Shown here piece by piece: positions 24,408 to 36,930 of a stretch of 64,000 bases of DNA. Source of the DNA: Octopus sinensis (taxonomy: Eukaryota); contig NC_043009.1 of the NCBI RefSeq assembly GCF_006345805.1, positions 45,198,001 through 45,262,000 of the forward strand. The letters run 5' to 3'. The notes under the pieces were generated by a model that was not told where the DNA came from, did no database searches, and worked only from the letters and a program-made list of their open reading frames with translations. A program made the position numbers and the translations under genes. Within the stretch, counting starts at the first letter, position 1. Each line of letters begins with the position of its first letter.

Positions 24408-25497
24408 GCGAGAAAGAAGCAACAAGAATGGATAGGTTTTTAGTAAATTAAATAAGTAAATTTTAATGACTTTTTGATAAGATTATACTTAGATTTTCCT
24501 AATGTATTTTCTGGTGATTTTAGCATCTGACCCCTTAAACCCTGACTGTGTTATCTCTTTAGATTCTCTTTAAACTCATAGCTGATTTCAACAGCAATAA
24601 ATTAACGGTTTACTGGTCAAAGAATAATAATATTCCCCTTTTCCCAGATGCCTGTTGATTAAACCAGACTTACAGTCTACTAGCTCTCTGTATAACTAGA
24701 ACCCTCTTTTTTCTTTTCTTTCTTTTTTCTTTTTTCCCTTCTTTCCCTATTCCTTTCTCTTTTCTCTTCTTCTTTTTCTTCTTCTTATTCTCTGTTCCCT
24801 TTTCTCTTCTCTTTTAGTCCCCATTTCCCCCCCCTTTTTTGCTCCCTCCTCCATTATTTTCTCTCTTTTCTTCTATTCCCTTCTCTATTCTTGGCCGATC
24901 TAGTAAGCCCTCAACCTTTAAGAGTTAAATAGCTGCAGCCTCTTGTGAATAGCAGTAATGTGATTAATATGGCAAACACCTAATCATATAACAGGATTGG
25001 TACCTACCTCATTGTGTTCAACCATTGTAAAATTTATCGCCTGTGAATATGAAATTCATCTCCATTCACTGGAAATTTACATCTACACCATTGGAATCTG
25101 TGCATATATACAAAGGATTAATTCACCCTCTCTGTAATGCTAATAACAATGGATAAATTTGTCTTCTGTGAGTATATAATCCCTCATCATATCTATGGAA
25201 ATTCATATGGATTAGGTCACCTTCTCTGTGATGCTACCAAAACTTTTTTAAAATTCTGTGATAAGACTATGCATCATCTTTAAAGAACTTTAATGAACTT
25301 TAGAAATCTGTTTAATTATCTACATTACTTCATGAGTATAGCCTCAAACACTAGGATGTCTAGAGAACTTACATGTATTTTAGCTGATGAGTACGGGACT
25401 CGTTTATATGCTGTAATCTTTGCAACTTTTAATAAAACCTGTCCTTGTATGAACGATCGTACTAAAAACCTATCCATTCTTGTTGCTTCTTTCTCGC
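24408..25497. mobile_element. 1.09-kb non-coding element bounded by a perfect 38-bp inverted repeat
   Basis: GCGAGAAAGAAGCAACAAGAATGGATAGGTTTTTAGTA (24408-45) is the exact reverse complement of 25460-97; TA-rich flanks. Confidence 0.75.
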
Positions 25498-25537
<40 letters not shown>

Positions 25538-25660
25538 CGTATATATGTACATACACATATTTATATGCATATATATTTGTATAAATATATATATATATAT
25601 GTGTGTGTGTGTATGTATACGTATAAGTATATATATATATACTTATACGTATATATGTAT

Positions 25661-25968
25661 ATCACCATGATTACCGTGACCGACCAGGTTATCAGATGTT
25701 GCTACACATCGCTGGTCACAATGCGCTTCGCATTGTTTTAGCCTTCAAATGACGCCACCCCGCTGGGTAAGCGAGCAGGCCAACAGAAGAGTGAGAGAAA
25801 GTTGCGGCGAAAGAGTACAGCAAAGTTCGCCACCACCCCCTGCCGGAGCCTCGTGGAGTTTTAGGTGTTTTCGCTCAATAAACACTCACAACGCCCGGTC
25901 TGGGAATCGAAACCGCGTTCTTACAACCGCGAGTCCGCTGCCCTAACTTCTGGGCCATTGCGCCTCAA
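25661..25968 (-). mobile_element. tRNA-derived SINE (head B + tail 2)
   Basis: Reverse complement: GAGGCGCAATGGCCCAG...GGTTTCGATTCCCAGACCGGGCG...CATTGTGACCAGCGATGTG; close paralog at 54442. Confidence 0.9.
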
Positions 25969-25986
25969 CACACACACACCACACAC

Positions 25987-26019
<33 letters not shown>

Positions 26020-26066
26020 TATATACGCCACATAGCCATACATATATATTTTTAAATATTATATAT

Positions 26067-26109
<43 letters not shown>

Positions 26110-26882
26110 GTGCATACACATAAGCATGTCTGTCTCTTTTGTTTGAGTGGATGTGTGCATGTGTAGGTGTGTCTATATGTATGTGCGCATCTGTGTTCTT
26201 ATATATTTATATGTTTATGTCATGTGTTGTCTCGATATCTTACTTTCAGTGAATAAAAACATGACATTAGTTCTATGGAAGAGAGAAAAATACATTTTCG
26301 CCTTTGGTTATAATAGCAACCATTAATTAGAGTTTATTCCACTTGCACCAAATGTCTTCAGTTATCGTTGTCTGCAAGAAGAAATCTATGCTTGCGTGGA
26401 CAGCTTACTAAATAGATATTGTGTGAATAAATATAATAGCTCACCTTCTCATTCACTCTTTCCCTCTCTCATACACATTCTCTATCTCTTTGACTCTTCC
26501 TCTGTTAGTATGCCCCCGTCTCTCTCTGTCTCTCTCTGTTTGCTAATGTCTATGTCTGCCATTCTATAGTTGTTTTTCTTTCATATAAAGCAGGATTATT
26601 AAAATTGCGCTATTAATTTACACATGAAGAACTACAGATGTCCAAGTAAATAGAGTAGAGACCTGCAAACTCAAAGGTCCGTAGTTCGTGTTCTCATGCA
26701 GATGAATCACTATTTTATCAATAAAAACATGTATGTTTATTTATTGATCCCTTAATGAAACGATTAAGTCCATCATGGAAACTTGATCTGCAACAATTAG
26801 CAACTGAATCTCCCTCAAATCATGCTCTGTCATTTAAAACGATATGAATGGCACATTGAATAATGTAGTCATATTTATATGT

Positions 26883-27295
26883 ATCACGTGACTGACCAGA
26901 CTATCAGACGCTGTTACATATCGCTGGACCCAATACGCTTTGCATCGTGGTAGCCTTCGAACGACGCCACCACTAGTAGGCCAAAACTCTTGATCGAAAG
27001 GGGGATTGTAGCAACATCGGTTGTCAAGCGATGGTGGGGGGGACAAACACACGCACAAATGCACACACGCATAAACATATATATGAATATATTTATGTGT
27101 GTGTGTGTGTGTTTGCATGTGTGTGTGTATGTGTGTGTACCTCTGTCTCCTTGTGTGTGCATATCTGAGTGTGTCTGTGTATGGGTTTTTGTGACTACGT
27201 ACTGTGTCTGTATGTGTGGATGTGTGTCTCGATATGTATCCTTGAGTGAAGTGAAGTGTGTGTATGTGGTCACGTGTTTCAGTCTTCATTTGCGT
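26883..27295 (-). mobile_element. 5'-truncated SINE: head-A-type linker (CGCTTGACAACCGATG) joined to tail 2
   Basis: Linker identical to the head A family, but the 3' part matches tail 2 (...TCACGTGATA). Confidence 0.7.
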
Positions 27296-27621
27296 ATGTA
27301 TGTGTGTGTGTGTGTGCTTGTTTGTTTATATTACCTGTGTACCTATCCGTCTGTATGTCTACTTGTTTACATTCATATCCATTTACCTACAGGGGATAAT
27401 TTTATAACTACAACATTATTCTAATTCAATTAGCTAGTAGATCTAATTTTATAGGTTTTCAGAAATCTGACGTGAAATTTATGGTTATAGGAGGGGAACG
27501 CGTCTGAAAACTTATTTAACATATCGGCGTTATATAATTTGAGGATTATATACGATTCCCTTGCACACAATGTACACCTTGCTGAACCATTAACATATAG
27601 GGGACCCCTCGCAATTATGGA

Positions 27622-27698
27622 CCACGCAGTGGGACTGAACCCGGAACCATGTGGTTCGTAAGCAAGCTACATACCACACAACTACTCCTATGCCTATG
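27622..27698 (-). mobile_element. SINE head A fragment (tRNA-like part only)
   Basis: CACGCAGTGGGACTGAACCCGGAACCATGTGG...ACTCCTATGCCTA. Confidence 0.8.
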
Positions 27699-27953
27699 TA
27701 TAAATATATATGATTCAATTACATTGATTGAATGTCTTCATTTATGCGTTTATGCGTTGTATATACACCTCTATAACTATAGTACCTTTTTCAATGTTTT
27801 ATGAAATTGATATAACACTGAATTAAAATATTTATACGGGTTTTTCCTATATATTTTTGGACGGACTCTCTCTCTCTCTCTTTCTCTCTCCCCCCTCTCT
27901 CTCTCTGTATATATATATATATATAAACATACATACATACATACATACATACA

Positions 27954-28044
<91 letters not shown>

Positions 28045-28109
28045 TTTATGTATTATTTGCAAGATTTCTTTATGTAAGGAATCTTGCAAATCATACATAA
28101 CGTATAAAC

Positions 28110-28149
<40 letters not shown>

Positions 28150-28164
28150 TATATAACATATATA

Positions 28165-28631
28165 TATACATGTTTTTTCATGTATATTTATCTATTTCTT
28201 CCCTCCACTTACCAATAACAAACTGACTACCTCCTCTTGACCACCAAAAAGCAATTGTCTTCTAATTTACCTAAAACCCCATCCCATATATCTGATTCTA
28301 TTCAATTATTCTATTCATTCATTTATTTATTTTCTCACTGACTCTTCTCATTTCAAAAAAATCTCTGGCCTTTTGACCACTCCCCTAAGAACAATAGCTT
28401 GTGCCCTGTTTATCTCCTAAATACCAACTTACCCCCAAAACGTCCCCCCCCATTAAATCTGCCTAAATGTATAAATACCAGACCTTATTTTGACAGCAAG
28501 CTTCCTGAAGATTTCATCTGAATGAAACAGTTCTAGTCCTGTAGAAGCTCCTTCTATAAAATAAATTACTTTACTCTGCTATGTATTGAGTACCATATTT
28601 ACTGTGGCTAACCCCGACTCAACCTGGGACC

Positions 28632-28645
<14 letters not shown>
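28165..28645 (+). mobile_element. (TA)n-bounded pyrimidine-rich relic with a hammerhead-like motif (probable solo Penelope-like pLTR)
   Basis: (TA)n on both sides; C/T bias; CTGAAGA-TTTCATCTGAAT-GAAAC at 28505-28528. Confidence 0.5.
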
Positions 28646-28665
<20 letters not shown>

Positions 28666-28939
28666 AAGGTGTATTGGCTAGTGTTTAGTAGTTCGTCACA
28701 CTATTCATAAGGAATTGATTTACACTATTGCTCTTGGTACTAGGATTAAAACCAGGACTGTCATAATAGACAACTTCACCGGTGTATTCTTTATGGTGGC
28801 ATTTTACTGAAACACTTAGGGGTCTAGCAATGAATTGTAGTGTGTCCATTAACACCCCGAGTGGTGTGTCCGTTAACACATCGAGTCATTAAAGATGAGT
28901 GAACACAGCACTATAAGACAACGTATGTAGCATCTAACA

Positions 28940-29485
28940 TAAAGCACCTGAATTACATTATGTATAATCTACGTAAAAACATTATATAAAACATTATATA
29001 AGACGTCGCTTACCAGAGTAAATGTGCTATGTAACATGTACCTTGCAATATAGCAAACATTATGTAACAAGCAACTTACTATACTAAGAACCACTTTAAC
29101 ACAGCATATGACAAAGTAAATAAACTATGAAACACTTGTGTTACTATAACGAAAATAAACTATGTCAGAGCTTAACAACGCACCACACAAAATACCTCAC
29201 ACGCCTCTTGTTATTTAAGCCAGTAACATTCAGCAACAAATGCATTATGTAACACAGGATATCATATAGTAAATGAACCACAAAACACATAAATTACCAT
29301 ACTGCAAATAAACTACGTCAACACCTATATCATCACAGTGTAAAATAAACTACATCAAATAGAATTTAACCGCGGAACACACAAATTACATAACACGTAA
29401 CTTGCCGCATCACAACTAAATTAAGAGACCAGTAAATTTACGTAACACGAAATTTACTACAAGTAAAATGAATTACGTAATTTTA
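28940..29485. repeat. Degenerate minisatellite-like array rich in TTAYRTAA / AAATAAACTA units
   Basis: Recurring AATAAACTA(C/T)GT and ATTA(C/T)(G/A)TAACAC units; a related unit recurs at 30325-30365. Confidence 0.6.
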
Positions 29486-29778
29486 TAGGCTGTTTAGTTG
29501 TTTGATTTATACCTGCAGGCTTTTCAGTAGTCCAACAATTTCCGCAGATTACCGAATAAAAATTGACAATTCAGAACCAGTTGCTTCGTTGTCGTTTTTG
29601 TTTTTACCGACAATTTAAGGTAGCAGCACCGAAAATTACTTTGCAAGATGGCGGAAATAAAAATTGATGTTATAGCAAAACTTAAAATATGTTTCAAATT
29701 AGAACCAGTTTAAATTCATTATGAGAAGATTTATTTTCGTGTTAATCTCAAATAATTTGGATTTAAAACCGAGAGGTA

Positions 29779-29785
29779 GAGAAAA

Positions 29786-29829
<44 letters not shown>

Positions 29830-30243
29830 AGGGAAACAAAGGGAAGAGGAGAAAGAGAAAGAGAGAAAGAGAGAAAGAAGACAGTGAGTGAAAGAGAGAA
29901 TACAGAGAGAAAGAAAGAGGAAGAAAAGGAGAGAAAAACAAAGAGAGGAAGAAAAAGAGGGAGAGAGAGAAAGAGAGAGAAAAATGGAGAGAGAAACAAT
30001 GGGAGGAAGAAAGAGGAAGAGAAAGAGAGAAAAAAGAGAGAAAGGAAAGGAGAGAACGAGAGAGAGAGAAAGAGAGAAAATGAGAGAGATAGAGGGAAAG
30101 GGAGAAAACGAGAGAGAGAGAGAAAGTGGGAGAGAGAAAAAGTGGGAGAGAGAAAAAGTGAGAGAGAGTGAGAGACAAAGAGAGAAAGAGAGAGAGAGAG
30201 AGAGAAAGAGAGAGGAGAGAGAGAGAGAAAGAGAGAGAGAGAG
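29779..30243. repeat. GA-rich low-complexity tract
   Basis: Direct reading; source of the ER/SL-repeat ORFs. Confidence 0.95.
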
Positions 30244-30854
30244 CAGAATGTTGCAGACACTTTCGATCTATTTGGGTGTTATGCGTTAGAATTATTCACG
30301 TGAACACATCCAAAACTTACCACAGAGCGAATTACGTAACACCTAACTTGTCGCATCAAAAATAAATGTAAAAGCATGATAGCTTTTATTTAATAATAAG
30401 TACACAATACAAATTACACAACACATTTTGCAGCATATGAAATTACATATTTTGTATTAATACTAGACTACCTATGACCTGTTGGTTTACCTGGAAAGTC
30501 TGAGTTTCCCAGCAACAGAGTTTTGTTTCACGTTTTTTTTCTTATTCAGGTTATTTCGCATGCTCTTAACAAATGTGACATCGAAACCACGCGTAAACGG
30601 CTCCTTTCCTCGGAAAAGGAAAGATTTGGCTGTCCACGTAACAGGTATTTCGGGTCCTTTATCACAAATAACTGTTACGTGGTAGCCGGGCGTGCTAGAA
30701 ATAGCAGCCAAATCTTTGGAGTTGAGATACGTTGAATGCACTCCAAAATAAATTTGTAATGGTATTCCCTTGGGGCGATCTTTCGCCTTGACTCTCAGAG
30801 CTGTCACTTTAACTCACATTACTCGCTTTGACTCTCAGGACTGTCATCCGAATC

Positions 30855-31290
30855 CGTAAATTTTTTCTATTGATTTACTTTTGTTTTAAAGTGAAACAGA
30901 TGAGAAAGGGAAAGATTATGAACGTGTATATGAAATGGATGTGTATGTGTGTGTGTGAGAAAGAGAGAGAGAGAGTGCCACTTACAGATACACGAGAACA
31001 CACACGTGCACTCATTCACTCTCTCTCTCTCCCTCATACACACATGCACACGTACATTCAAAAAAGCTGTACGCATGTGTATTGATGCATGTACGTATAT
31101 ATGACAACATACCTCTTCACTCACTCTTTCTCTCTCTTTTTCTTTGTCTCTTTCTTCCTCTCTGTCACTCTTTCTCTCTCTTTTTTTTCACACACACAGG
31201 TCCATTTCATACACACGTACATACTTCTTTCACTTTCTCCTCTCTTTCACTTAAAAACAAAAGTAAATAAATAAAAAGATTTTTACAGAA
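30855..31290. repeat. Old foldback (imperfect ~125-bp inverted arms)
   Basis: 30855-30980 mirrors 31160-31290; the ORF track shows ...LFHFKTKVNQ (minus) and ...LFHLKTKVNK (plus). Confidence 0.75.
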
Positions 31291-31804
31291 ATTGACGATG
31301 TAAAAATAATTAAAAAACATTAAAATATTGTTTGTTTAAAGAAGGCGAAAATATAAGTACTTACTGTACAAATAACTTACAGTCTTGAAATCACATTCAG
31401 TTAAAAATATTTCTAAATGATTAAAATATTGTATACGTCAAAAGTCGGCCTTTTTTTTTCTTAGCGCGAAGACAGTGTGTGTGTATATATCACAGATAGC
31501 GGACGTGTGTTTATGTTGATTGACATGTCATGACTTCATTATATGCGTGTGTATTCTGTATGTGTGTATGTGTTGACGTCACGGAAGCCATGTTTTTTTT
31601 CGTCAAGAAATTACAAGCAAAGATTGTGTTTACTCGTTTTCATTAATGAACAGAGGTCCAAATGTGAAAAAATTTGTATTGCACTGCCGAAGGAAAGTAT
31701 GAAAATGAGTATGCAAAACGAATTGAGATAAAATATACTATTTATGAGATATTTCGGGTACAAACAAACATGCCAAGAGTTTTTGTATTATCGAGATTAA
31801 TACG

Positions 31805-32005
31805 TTAATCGTTAGCATGCCGGATGAAATGCTTAGCGGTATTTCGTTCGTCTCCACGTTCTGAGTTCAAATTCCGCCGAGACACTCTTTGCCTTTTATC
31901 CTTTAGAAGACGAAAAGTAAGTACCAGTTGAGTACTGGTGTCGATGTAATCGACTTTTCCCCTCAACTGAAATTGTTGGTCTTGTGCCAAAATTTGAAAT
32001 CAATA
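31805..32005 (+). mobile_element. SINE head D family
   Basis: ATCGTTAGCATGCC...GTTCTGAGTTCAAATTCCGCC...AGTACCAGTTGAGTACTGG. Confidence 0.85.
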
Positions 32006-34392
32006 TTATGTTAATCTTGCTTAATGTTAAACCTACTTCATTAACCAAATACTTATTGATAGAATAATTTTACGTTGAGAAATGCCTATTATGTTTTCTT
32101 GTTACATGCAAGTGGACTTGGTAGTTTTAGAATTAAGACATTTATTTCCGCGGGCAGAGTTGATGATGGAACACGAACAGTGCAGCTTTAGATTAACAGT
32201 ATTACACTTAGGTGACCCCTACAAACTGCGGCTACCTTAGCAATGAACAAATGTAATATAAGAGTTCAATGATTTAAAATATGTAAAACAATTGAAATTA
32301 ACAAAAACGTAAAGAAGATAGGTATTAAAAACAGATGAAGACATGCGTAATTATGGCAGTGAAGTATTGGGAAGAGATACGTCAAATACGCACAACGAAA
32401 TAAGTTACGAGCAATAGAATGAAATAGACTGACCTGTAAATAAGAAAATACAAACTGCACAACAGACGACAGGATAACGTAGCAAAAAGAGACGGTGTAT
32501 ATATAAGAAAAATAGTCTTGGCGCTGATATTTCTTTTTAATAACACAAGAAAAAATATTCATAAAATTTCACGACAGCTTTCCATAATATACTTCCTGTC
32601 ATTTGCCATAGAATTTTCACAGCATTTACTTTATAATCACCCATAAATTGGTATGGTAAAGATTTTGATAAAGATTCAGTAACGCTATATATTGATTTTA
32701 AATGAACGATTTCATGACTTTGTTATAAAAATAATTTCTGAAATTTTCAAATCACTAAAATAAAGCCTATGAAAAGAGCTTAATCAGTTGTAAAATCTAT
32801 AGGGGATATTTTCCTTTTGATATCAGTTCATTCTTCACATAAATCAATCGTATGATCGATAAAGAATGATCTCATTAAATATTGATTTCTAGTTTACAGT
32901 AGATGGGCTTTTTTTTATTGGAAAGGGAATAAACAAAGAAAGAAAATAAGAAAATTAATTCCTGGAAATTATTTCTTTTCTCGGACGATGGATGCTGAAA
33001 ATAAATTCCACTCCATAGAAAACAGGAGAAATATAGTTTAGAATACCCGACGGTATTATCCAGATTATAAAATTGCAACGTTTTATGTCGTAAGACAATA
33101 TTTAATCGCATGGCGTGGTAGATGAAGCCGAATTGATTACGCGACCTCGTTTCGACTTTTGGTTCATGCAAGTCTACATACATTCTTGGAAAATGCATCA
33201 AACAATGTCCTCGATTTCTTTCCCCGGAACCAAATTCCAAACCGTTGCGAAAGGGCTGGAGAGTTGCTTGATTACCTGTTTCTGACTCCAGACTGGGTAT
33301 ATGTTCCAATTAACTCTGAAACGGTGCATTTCAACAAACAGGAGATTACCCCGGTAAGAACAACATATTGCTTTAAATAGCACAACACTTTACAGTTGAC
33401 TGAACTTGCTACGTTGAGTTTTCCTCCTCTTCTGAGTATTGTATGGATAGTTGCCTTATTATCTTGTATATACATCACAGGAAGACAGAGTCTTCAATGT
33501 TAGCGTGTGACTAGTTGCCAAAAGTTTTCATCACCTTGGATCTACTTAAAAATTAGCATTTTACCTGCCATGCTTACTCTACTGCAGAACTACAGGTTTC
33601 TGGAATTATAGGCCTGCTCACATTTTTTCCACAGGCACCATTGAACTAAAATTCAAATTCGCTAATAACGGTATCCATCTCACTAGTCAGGGAGAGCCCT
33701 CCTGATTATTAAGAGGTAAACTTGTGTCCAATCTACGGTCTTTTTCGATCAACACCTGGAGCTTATTTCACAATTCTTCCAATGGAGAAAATTATGAACG
33801 TAAGTCCTGAAAATATAGAGAGTATTTGTACACAGCAACCGAAAAAGCAATGAAAATTCTGAGTGTTATATAATATCGATTCTGATTTCACATTTTACCC
33901 ATTTCTGGATCTGTTGAAGTTGACTTTGGTCCCAGACACGATGAATAATGTATCAGTTATAAACTGAGACATATTTAATCAACAGCTGCCCATCTCACAA
34001 AATCCTGATGTCAATCTAGAAAAAATATTATTGTCAAAAATACAGAAAACTGACAGAAAACGGAAGAGAGCCAGTGCAATTCAGTACAAAGATCTTTCAT
34101 TAAAGTTTCTATGTTGAAATCTTGCTGGAATTGCTCCTGAACTAAGACCAATTTTGCCTCACCCTATGGATTGATAGAATATATAAGAGTAAAATACTGG
34201 GATTTGATTTAAAAAAATTAAAAACCGTTACTAAAATGTGAGTGGCTTTGTTCCAATGATACGAATCATTCTTATTAACTCTGTCACGTCACCGAATACT
34301 GGACCTTTGGTTAAAATTCGCCACTCTGAGAAAAGCGTAAACAAAACTGTCATGATTACCATTTCTTCCTTCTGTAATAAGTATAGTATATA

Positions 34393-34557
34393 GTAGGCGC
34401 AGGCATCGGGATGTAGTTAAGAAACTCGCTTCGTAACCACGCGATTTTGGTTCAGTACCCCTGTGCAGCACCTTGGGCAAGTATCTTCTTTTATTGCCCA
34501 GTGCTGACCGATGCCTTGTGAGAAAATTTGTAGGCGGAAACTGCGTGGAATCCCATC

Positions 34558-34592
<35 letters not shown>

Positions 34593-34795
34593 CATATGTG
34601 CGCGTGTGTGTATATGTGCGTGCGTATGTGTGTGTTTGTTTGCGCGCGCGCGCGTAAAGATATCGATAGAATAAGTATCAGATTAAAAAAAAAGCACAAG
34701 TAATGTGTTCGATTTGTCCGACTGAACCATTTAAAGGTGTCGCTCCAGCATGACCGCAATTGAATTATTAGAAAAAGCAAGCAATAAAAGATGCA
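34393..34795 (+). mobile_element. Diverged CORE-type SINE (head A + tail 1)
   Basis: CACCTTGGGCAAGT core; GATAGAATAAGTA; GCTCCAGCATGACCGCA. Confidence 0.75.
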
Positions 34796-35844
34796 AGATA
34801 ATAATGCTATGAAATTAATGGTTGGTGCAATACATGTTGAAGCTTAAAAATGGTAAGGTGGGGTGGGGAAGGAAATTGATATATTGTAAAGTTTATGGCG
34901 TTGCAAAAGGAATCTAACACCATAAGTCTACCGAGAGAAATATTGAATGATATGCCACAGTACCATAGTATCACGAAATGCACTCTCTTGCTATATTACA
35001 GACGTTATTGTTGTTTGGCTCTAGGTCAACTTTGATTGCGTAAATAAGTCTTTTTGTATATCTGCAATTACATTACCCAGTGAGTCCTTCATTTCTTTCC
35101 CAAAGACGAGACGGTGTTAACTGATGGTTATTTGGCTGCTATTTGTAGCCTGTTGAGTGACTACATAGAAGTTTCCCACTTGGTTCCAGTGAATAAAGTT
35201 TGACTAGAAACAAAAGCGATAACAGTGCAGGAGCGTTAAATATAATTCTTGAAAATATCTAGCGTTGTTTCTTTATGACCAGAATTAAAAGCCAAGAAAG
35301 TTCTATTTAGGTCTCCATAAAAGCGAATAACTACCAGGAATAAGGTGCTGTCTGGTTCATATGGAACAATATATGGTGAAATATATAGAGAGATTCCTAC
35401 CAAACTACATACTCCAGTTGATTCCGCCACAAGAAACTAAAAGTTGTAATTAACTTATCAGATATCTAAATTTACAGGTGAAGCCATTCGGTCTTTAATT
35501 ACTGTATCATTTCGAAGGCTAATTTATCGTTAGCTTCTTCCATGAATGTGTATTACTTACGAGATGTTTCTTCAAATTGATGATACCTCTGACCGAGGTG
35601 AATAATCTGTTTACGATCAAGAAGCCGTAATCTGAAAATATAGCTCTCTGTCTTCATACACGCTCACAAGGACAAGAACACACGCAGACACTTTTTACGC
35701 ACCCGCGTACACGCTCACGCATACAGACAGATAGACACACACACACACACAGACACGGCGTACGCGCTTACAAGCACAGAGATACACATATACATGAACA
35801 TATATCTTGTTCTAGATTACATCTTTATATATATATATAATATA

Positions 35845-35875
<31 letters not shown>

Positions 35876-36513
35876 CATACACGCATATGTCTATGCATGT
35901 ATAGTTTGTATGAATGCCTGTGCTCTCATGTGCATAGGCATATACACTTATAAGCATATATATTTGTATATATATACATAAAGTTTATATGTATATTGAG
36001 AAAGTTAAGAGGTTTATATATTACTGTTCAAAATTCTGGCCGACCCAAAAAAATTTCGCTAAAAATAGAATCTGTAAAAGGGTTTAAATTATTGATGACA
36101 AGTTGGAAGTTTTGTTTCTCTATTCTGGAATATTCTTGGCATCAAAGTACCAAATTCCGATATACAATATCAAATAAGCATAAGAACAGAAAGACAATAT
36201 CAGCTATCGAGGTACAGAATAAAAAAACCGAAAGAAAGCATTGTCTTCATCGTATCTGAAGTAATTCCTTATCGAAATAAATCAAGTATGACACCATTGC
36301 TCCTGCTAAACATTGTTACATGCCCAAACCTATTGCTGCACACACATTTTACACATGTACACACACAAACACACGCACTCACACAGAGACGCTCAAACTG
36401 ACATACAAAGACACACACACGTGCATACGCTCGCGCAGACGCAAGTATGCATGCATATATATATATATATATATATACATATATACATACATACATAGAT
36501 ACATATATATATG

Positions 36514-36930
<417 letters not shown>

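Noticed and set aside
33050-33380. Possible LINE RT traces (IKQLSSPFATVWNL, RNQFGF) and a GTAAGA donor at ~33355
   Set aside because: Matches are short and mutually inconsistent between the exon and LINE interpretations.
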